Below, piece after piece: positions 55,101 to 64,000 of a stretch of DNA of 64,000 nt. A program made the translations under genes and the position numbers. The stretch is from Auanema rhodensis (taxonomy: Eukaryota > Animalia > Nematoda), in assembly GCA_964057225.1 (NCBI GenBank), contig OZ059894.1, positions 20,522,001 to 20,586,000 of the forward strand, in the 5' to 3' direction. Within the stretch, counting starts at the first letter, position 1. Each line of letters opens with the position of its first letter. The notes beneath the pieces are model-generated. The model was not told the origin of the DNA. It made no database searches and was given only the letters and a program-made list of their open reading frames with translations.

Positions 55101-56158
55101 TGACAAAAATTTTTTCGAAAAATTTCAAAATAATTTAGCAAAAAGTATATGTTTTTAGATTCCTTTTTTCAAGGCAAAGACGATGGACAATGTTATTCAA
55201 CGAAAAAAATAATTCTTCAGGGTGAAAATCGAGGATATAAGTGTGAACTTATATCAGTTGATATCTCGGTGCATTTTTAAGCTAGCGCAAATCTGATAAC
55301 CCAGATCGACGCAGCTTAAAAATCCGCATCGAATGCACTGTACTACATTGAGAAACGCTTAATACAAAAATTAGTTATGATCGTTTGAAAAATGATGCAT
55401 TAGTGTATGTTGAGTTTCCATGTACACTCAACATTGCTTCCAAAAACATTTTGACAAAAATTTTTTCGAAAAATTTCAAAACAATTTAGCAAAAAGTAGA
55501 TGTTTTTAGATTCCTTTTTTCAAGGTAAAGACGATGGACAATGTTATTCAACGAAAAAATTAACTCTTCAGGGTGAAAATCGAGGATATAAGTGTGAACT
55601 TATATCAGTTGATATCTCGGTGCATTTTTAAGCTAGCGCAAATCTGATAACTCAGATCGACGCAGCTTAAAAATCCGCATCGAATGCACTGTACTACATT
55701 AAGAAACGCTTAATACAAAAATTAGTTATGATCGTTTGAAAAATGATGCATTAGTGTATGTTGAGTTTCCATGTACACTCAACATTGCTTCCAAAAACAT
55801 TTTGACAAAAATTTTTTCGAAAAATTTCAAAATAATTTAGCAAAAAGTAGATGTTTTTAGATTCCTTTTTTCAAGGCAAAGACGATGGACAATGTTATTC
55901 AACGAAAAAAATAATTCTTCAGGGTGAAAATCGAGGATATAAGTGTGAACTTATATCAGTTGATATCTCGGTGCATTTTTAAGCTAGCGCAAATCTGATA
56001 ACCCAGATCGACGCAGCTTAAAAATCCGCATCGAATGCACTATACTACATTGAGAAACGCTTAATACAAAAATTAGTTATGATCGTTTGAAAAATGATGC
56101 ATTAGTGTATGTTGAGTTTCCATGTACACTCAACATTGCTTCCAAAAACATTTTGACA

Positions 56159-59100
56159 AAAATTTTTTCGAAAAATTTCAAAATAATTTAGCAAAAAGTA
56201 GATGTTTTTAGATTCCTTCTTTCAAGGCAAAGACGATGGACAATGTTATTCAACGAAAAAAATAATTCTTCAGGGTGAAAATCGAGGATATATGTGTGAA
56301 CTTATATCAGTTGATATCTCGGTGCATTTTTAAGCTAGCGCAAATCTGATAACACAGATCGACGCAGCTTAAAAATCCGCATCGAATGCACTATACTACA
56401 TTGAGAAACGCTTAATACAAAAATTAGTTATGATCGTTTGAAAAATGATGCATTAGTGTATGTTGAGTTTCCATGTACACTCAACATTGCTTCCAAAAAC
56501 ATTTTGACAAAAATTTTTTCGAAAAATTTCAAAATAATTTAGCAAAAAGTAGATGTTTTTAGATTTCTTTTTTCAAGGCAAAGACGATGGACAATGTTAT
56601 TCAACGAAAAAAATAATTCTTCAGGGTGAAAATCGAGGATATAAGTGTGAACTTATATCAGTTGATATCTCGGTGCATTTTTAAGCTAGCGCAAATCTGA
56701 TAACCCAGATCGACGCAGCTTAAAAATCCGCATCGAATGCACTGTACTACATTGAGAAACGCTTAATACAAAAATTAGTTATGATCGTTTGAAAAATGAT
56801 GCATTAGTGTATGTTGAGTTTCCATGTACACTCAACATTGCTTCCAAAAACATTTTGACAAAAATTTTTTCGAAAAATTTCAAAATAATTTAGCAAAAAG
56901 TAGATGTTTTTAGATTCCTTTTTTCAAGGTAAAGACGATGGACAATGTTATTCAACGAAAAAATTAACTCTTCAGGGTGAAAATCGAGGATATAAGTGTG
57001 AACTTTTATCAGTTGATATCTCGGTGCATTTTTAAGCTAGCGCAAATCTGATAACACAGATCGACGCAGCTTAAAAATCCGCATCGAATGCATTATACTA
57101 CATTGAGAAACGCTTAATACAAAAATTAGTTATGATCGTTTGAAAAATGATGCATTAGTGTATGTTGAGTTTCCATGTACACTCAACATTGCTTCCAAAA
57201 ACATTTTGACAAAAATTTTTTCGAAAAATTTCAAAACAATTTAGCAAAAAGTAGATGTTTTTAGATTCCTTTTTTCAAGGTGAAGACGATGGACAATGTT
57301 ATTCAACGAAAAAATTAACTCTTCAGGGTGAAAATCGAGGATATAAGTGTGAACTTATATCAGTTGATATCTCGGTGCATTTTTAAGCTAGCGCAAATCT
57401 GATAACACAAATCGACGCAGCTTAAAAATCCGCATCGAATGCACTATACTACATTGAGAAACGCTTAATACAAAAATTAGTTATGATCGTTTGAAAAATG
57501 ATGCATTAGTGTATGTTGAGTTTCCATGTACACTCAACATTGCTTCCAAAAACATTTTGACAAAAATTTTTTCGAAACATTTCAAAATAATTTAGCAAAA
57601 AGTAGATGTTTTTAGATTTCTTTTTTCAAGGCAAAGACGATGGACAATGTTATTCAACGAAAAAATCAACTCTTCAGGGTGAAAATCGAGGATATAAGTG
57701 TGAACTTATATCAGTTGATATCTCGGTGCATTTTTAAGCTAGCGCAAATCTGATAACACAGATCGACGCAGCTTAAAAATCTGCATCGAATGCACTATAC
57801 TACATTGAGAAACGCTTAATACAAAAATTAGTTATGATCGTTTGAAAAATGATGCATTAGTGTATGTTGAGTTTCCATGTACACTCAACATTGCTTCCAA
57901 AAACATTTTGACAAAAATTTTTTCGAAAAATTTCAAAATAATTTAGCAAAAAGTAGATGTTTTTAGATTCCTTTTTTCAAGGTAAAGACGATGGACAATG
58001 TTATTCAACGAAAAAATTAACTCTTCAGGGTGAAAATCGAGGATATAAGTGTGAACTTTTATCAGTTGATATCTCGGTGCATTTTTAAGCTAGCGCAAAT
58101 CTGATAACACAGATCGACGCAGCTTAAAAATCCGCATCGAATGCATTATACTACATTGAGAAACGCTTAATACAAAAATTAGTTATGATCGTTTGAAAAA
58201 TGATGCATTAGTGTATGTTGAGTTTCCATGTACACTCAACATTGCTTCCAAAAACATTTTGACAAAAATTTTTTCGAAAAATTTCAAAACAATTTAGCAA
58301 AAAGTAGATGTTTTTAGATTCCTTTTTTCAAGGTGAAGACGATGGACAATGTTATTCAACGAAAAAATTAACTCTTCAGGGTGAAAATCGAGGATATAAG
58401 TGTGAACTTATATCAGTTGATATCTCGGTGCATTTTTAAGCTAGCGCAAATCTGATAACACAAATCGACGCAGCTTAAAAATCCGCATCGAATGCACTAT
58501 ACTACATTGAGAAACGCTTAATACAAAAATTAGTTATGATCGTTTGAAAAATGATGCATTAGTGTATGTTGAGTTTCCATGTACACTCAACATTGCTTCC
58601 AAAAACATTTTGACAAAAATTTTTTCGAAACATTTCAAAATAATTTAGCAAAAAGTAGATGTTTTTAGATTCCTTTTTTCAAGGCAAAGACGATGGACAA
58701 TGTTATTCAACGAAAAAATTAACTCTTCAGGGTGAAAATCGAGGATATAAGTGTGAACTTATATCAGTTGATATCTCGGTGCATTTTTAAGCTAGCGCAA
58801 ATCTGATAACACAGATCGACGCAGCTTAAAAATCCGCATCGAATGCACTATACTACATTGAGAAACGCTTAATACAAAAATTAGTTATGATCGTTTGAAA
58901 AATGATGCATTAGTGTATGTTGAGTTTCCATGTACACTCAACATTGCTTCCAAAAACATTTTGACAAAAATTTTTTCGAAACATTTCAAAATAATTTAGC
59001 AAAAAGTAGATGTTTTTAGATTCCTTTTTTCAAGGCAAAGACGATGGACAATGTTATTCAACGAAAAAATTAACTCTTCAGGGTGAAAATCGAGGATATA

Positions 59101-62100
59101 AGTGTGAACTTATATCAGTTGATATCTCGGTGCATTTTTAAGCTAGCGCAAATCTGATAACACAGATCGACGCAGCTTAAAAATCCGCATCGAATGCACT
59201 ATACTACATTGAGAAACGCTTAATACAAAAATTAGTTATGATCGTTTGAAAAATGATGCATTAGTGTATGTTGAGTTTCCATGTACACTCAACATTGCTT
59301 CCAAAAACATTTTGACAAAAATTTTTTCGAAAAATTTCAAAATAATTTAGCAAAAAGTATATGTTTTTAGATTCCTTTTTTCAAGGCAAAGACGATGGAC
59401 AATGTTATTCAACGAAAAAAATAATTCTTCAGGGTGAAAATCGAGGATATAAGTGTGAACTTATATCAGTTGATATCTCGGTGCATTTTTAAGCTAGCGC
59501 AAATCTGATAACCCAGATCGACGCAGCTTAAAAATCCGCATCGAATGCACTGTACTACATTGAGAAACGCTTAATACAAAAATTAGTTATGATCGTTTGA
59601 AAAATGATGCATTAGTGTATGTTGAGTTTCCATGTACACTCAACATTGCTTCCAAAAACATTTTGACAAAAATTTTTTCGAAAAATTTCAAAACAATTTA
59701 GCAAAAAGTAGATGTTTTTAGATTCCTTTTTTCAAGGTAAAGACGATGGACAATGTTATTCAACGAAAAAATTAACTCTTCAGGGTGAAAATCGAGGATA
59801 TAAGTGTGAACTTATATCAGTTGATATCTCGGTGCATTTTTAAGCTAGCGCAAATCTGATAACTCAGATCGACGCAGCTTAAAAATCCGCATCGAATGCA
59901 CTGTACTACATTAAGAAACGCTTAATACAAAAATTAGTTATGATCGTTTGAAAAATGATGCATTAGTGTATGTTGAGTTTCCATGTACACTCAACATTGC
60001 TTCCAAAAACATTTTGACAAAAATTTTTTCGAAAAATTTCAAAATAATTTAGCAAAAAGTAGATGTTTTTAGATTCCTTCTTTCAAGGCAAAGACGATGG
60101 ACAATGTTATTCAACGAAAAAAATAATTCTTCAGGGTGAAAATCGAGGATATATGTGTGAACTTATATCAGTTGATATCTCGGTGCATTTTTAAGCTAGC
60201 GCAAATCTGATAACACAGATCGACGCAGCTTAAAAATCCGCATCGAATGCACTATACTACATTGAGAAACGCTTAATACAAAAATTAGTTATGATCGTTT
60301 GAAAAATGATGCATTAGTGTATGTTGAGTTTCCATGTACACTCAACATTGCTTCCAAAAACATTTTGACAAAAATTTTTTCGAAAAATTTCAAAATAATT
60401 TAGCAAAAAGTAGATGTTTTTAGATTTCTTTTTTCAAGGCAAAGACGATGGACAATGTTATTCAACGAAAAAAATAATTCTTCAGGGTGAAAATCGAGGA
60501 TATAAGTGTGAACTTATATCAGTTGATATCTCGGTGCATTTTTAAGCTAGCGCAAATCTGATAACCCAGATCGACGCAGCTTAAAAATCCGCATCGAATG
60601 CACTGTACTACATTGAGAAACGCTTAATACAAAAATTAGTTATGATCGTTTGAAAAATGATGCATTAGTGTATGTTGAGTTTCCATGTACACTCAACATT
60701 GCTTCCAAAAACATTTTGACAAAAATTTTTTCGAAAAATTTCAAAATAATTTAGCAAAAAGTAGATGTTTTTAGATTCCTTTTTTCAAGGTAAAGACGAT
60801 GGACAATGTTATTCAACGAAAAAATTAACTCTTCAGGGTGAAAATCGAGGATATAAGTGTGAACTTTTATCAGTTGATATCTCGGTGCATTTTTAAGCTA
60901 GCGCAAATCTGATAACACAGATCGACGCAGCTTAAAAATCCGCATCGAATGCATTATACTACATTGAGAAACGCTTAATACAAAAATTAGTTATGATCGT
61001 TTGAAAAATGATGCATTAGTGTATGTTGAGTTTCCATGTACACTCAACATTGCTTCCAAAAACATTTTGACAAAAATTTTTTCGAAAAATTTCAAAACAA
61101 TTTAGCAAAAAGTAGATGTTTTTAGATTCCTTTTTTCAAGGTGAAGACGATGGACAATGTTATTCAACGAAAAAATTAACTCTTCAGGGTGAAAATCGAG
61201 GATATAAGTGTGAACTTATATCAGTTGATATCTCGGTGCATTTTTAAGCTAGCGCAAATCTGATAACACAAATCGACGCAGCTTAAAAATCCGCATCGAA
61301 TGCACTATACTACATTGAGAAACGCTTAATACAAAAATTAGTTATGATCGTTTGAAAAATGATGCATTAGTGTATGTTGAGTTTCCATGTACACTCAACA
61401 TTGCTTCCAAAAACATTTTGACAAAAATTTTTTCGAAACATTTCAAAATAATTTAGCAAAAAGTAGATGTTTTTAGATTTCTTTTTTCAAGGCAAAGACG
61501 ATGGACAATGTTATTCAACGAAAAAATCAACTCTTCAGGGTGAAAATCGAGGATATAAGTGTGAACTTATATCAGTTGATATCTCGGTGCATTTTTAAGC
61601 TAGCGCAAATCTGATAACACAGATCGACGCAGCTTAAAAATCTGCATCGAATGCACTATACTACATTGAGAAACGCTTAATACAAAAATTAGTTATGATC
61701 GTTTGAAAAATGATGCATTAGTGTATGTTGAGTTTCCATGTACACTCAACATTGCTTCCAAAAACATTTTGACAAAAATTTTTTCGAAAAATTTCAAAAT
61801 AATTTAGCAAAAAGTAGATGTTTTTAGATTCCTTTTTTCAAGGTAAAGACGATGGACAATGTTATTCAACGAAAAAATTAACTCTTCAGGGTGAAAATCG
61901 AGGATATAAGTGTGAACTTTTATCAGTTGATATCTCGGTGCATTTTTAAGCTAGCGCAAATCTGATAACACAGATCGACGCAGCTTAAAAATCCGCATCG
62001 AATGCATTATACTACATTGAGAAACGCTTAATACAAAAATTAGTTATGATCGTTTGAAAAATGATGCATTAGTGTATGTTGAGTTTCCATGTACACTCAA

Positions 62101-63529
62101 CATTGCTTCCAAAAACATTTTGACAAAAATTTTTTCGAAAAATTTCAAAACAATTTAGCAAAAAGTAGATGTTTTTAGATTCCTTTTTTCAAGGTGAAGA
62201 CGATGGACAATGTTATTCAACGAAAAAATTAACTCTTCAGGGTGAAAATCGAGGATATAAGTTTGAACTTATATCAGTTGATATCTCGGTGCATTTTTAA
62301 GCTAGCGCAAATCTGATAACACAAATCGACGCAGCTTAAAAATCCGCATCGAATGCACTATACTACATTGAGAAACGCTTAATACAAAAATTAGTTATGA
62401 TCGTTTGAAAAATGATGCATTAGTGTATGTTGAGTTTCCATGTACACTCAACATTGCTTCCAAAAACATTTTGACAAAAATTTTTTCGAAACATTTCAAA
62501 ATAATTTAGCAAAAAGTAGATGTTTTTAGATTCCTTTTTTCAAGGCAAAGACGATGGACAATGTTATTCAACGAAAAAATTAACTCTTCAGGGTGAAAAT
62601 CGAGGATATAAGTGTGAACTTATATCAGTTGATATCTCGGTGCATTTTTAAGCTAGCGCAAATCTGATAACACAGATCGACGCAGCTTAAAAATCCGCAT
62701 CGAATGCACTATACTACATTGAGAAACGCTTAATACAAAAATTAGTTATGATCGTTTGAAAAATGATGCATTAGTGTATGTTGAGTTTCCATGTACACTC
62801 AACATTGCTTCCAAAAACATTTTGACAAAAATTTTTTCGAAACATTTCAAAATAATTTAGCAAAAAGTAGATGTTTTTAGATTCCTTTTTTCAAGGCAAA
62901 GACGATGGACAATGTTATTCAACGAAAAAATTAACTCTTCAGGGTGAAAATCGAGGATATAAGTGTGAACTTATATCAGTTGATATCTCGGTGCATTTTT
63001 AAGCTAGCGCAAATCTGATAACACAGATCGACGCAGCTTAAAAATCCGCATCGAATGCACTATACTACATTGAGAAACGCTTAATACAAAAATTAGTTAT
63101 GATCGTTTGAAAAATGATGCATTAGTGTATGTTGAGTTTCCATGTACACTCAACATTGCTTCCAAAAACATTTTGACAAAAATTTTTTCGAAAAATTTCA
63201 AAATAATTTAGCAAAAAGTATATGTTTTTAGATTCCTTTTTTCAAGGCAAAGACGATGGACAATGTTATTCAACGAAAAAAATAATTCTTCAGGGTGAAA
63301 ATCGAGGATATAAGTGTGAACTTATATCAGTTGATATCTCGGTGCATTTTTAAGCTAGCGCAAATCTGATAACCCAGATCGACGCAGCTTAAAAATCCGC
63401 ATCGAATGCACTGTACTACATTGAGAAACGCTTAATACAAAAATTAGTTATGATCGTTTGAAAAATGATGCATTAGTGTATGTTGAGTTTCCATGTACAC
63501 TCAACATTGCTTCCAAAAACATTTTGACA
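56159..63529. repeat. 11-monomer higher-order repeat (3861 bp), one full copy plus 10 monomers of a second
   Basis: Type order a-b-c-d-e-c-d-f-f-g-h at 56159-60019 repeats as a-b-c-d-e-c-d-f-f-g at 60020-63529. I saw one private SNV (GTTTGAAC near 62263). Confidence 0.9.
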
Positions 63530-64000
63530 AAAATTTTTTCGAAAAATTTCATAATAATTTAGCAAAACTAGATGTTTTTAGATTCCTTTTTTCAAGGTAA
63601 AGACGATGGACAATGTTATTCAACGAAAAAATTAACTCTTCAGGGTGAAAATCGAGGATATAAGTGTGAACTTATATCAGTTGATATCTCGGTGCATTTT
63701 TAAGCTAGCGCAAATCTGATAACACAGATCGACGCAGCTTAAAAATCCGCATCGAATGCACTATACTACATTGAGAAACGCTTAATACAAAAATTAGTTA
63801 TGATCGTTTGAAAAATGATGCATTAGTGTATGTTGAGTTTCCATGTACACTCAACATTGCTTCCAAAAACATTTTGACAAAAATTTTTTCGAAAAATTTC
63901 AAAATAATTTAGCAAAAAGTATATGTTTTTAGATTCCTTTTTTCAAGGCAAAGACGATGGACAATGTTATTCAACGAAAAAAATAATTCTTCAGGGTGAA

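Larger units (their letters stand above)
1..64000. repeat. Tandem satellite DNA array, 351-bp monomer, 182 full copies plus a partial copy, single orientation
   Basis: AAAATTTTTTCGAAAAATTTC recurs at 1, 352, 703, 1054 and so on. The register shifts by -1 after ~3562, ~40065 and ~63568, so the last partial monomer starts at 63880 (182x351-3=63879). ORF-track spacings are all multiples of 351. The array runs off both window ends. Confidence 0.99.

Noticed and set aside
1-64000. Giant repetitive CDS (351 = 117 codons)
   Set aside because: The longest frame stops at pos 118-120 in every monomer, and the ORF track shows nothing longer than 63 aa on either strand.
1-64000. CRISPR array or integron-like cassette array
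   Set aside because: There are no unique spacers or cassettes; the entire 351 bp repeats, and no cas or integrase gene is present.

Overview
The whole window is one uninterrupted, head-to-tail satellite DNA array. It holds 182 complete copies of a 351-bp monomer plus a 121-bp partial copy (63880-64000). The monomer is AT-rich (about 31% GC by hand count). Copies differ by only a few substitutions, and only three 1-bp deletions (near 3562, 40065 and 63568) break the register. I found no credible genes, RNA genes, transposon insertions, inversions or CRISPR arrays. The 16 listed 63-aa ORFs are artefacts of one monomer variant (TAG>CAG at monomer position 31) and start at TTG. The information in the window is structural. 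(i) Each monomer is rich in dyad symmetry: four local inverted repeats plus an imperfect ~118-bp symmetric module centred on a 9-bp spacer. (ii) Substitutions mark monomer types arranged in short, locally turning-over higher-order repeats (4-, 6-, 9- and 11-mers and offset duplications). (iii) The variants form successive domains with a major switch at ~29-34 kb. (iv) There is one orphan monomer and a recurrent deletion. This is most consistent with eukaryotic (peri)centromeric or heterochromatic satellite. CpG is not depleted, which suggests a host that does not methylate it. I do not recognise the family, and all variant typing was by eye. Monomer positions ('pos') count from AAAATTTTTTCG at window base 1.
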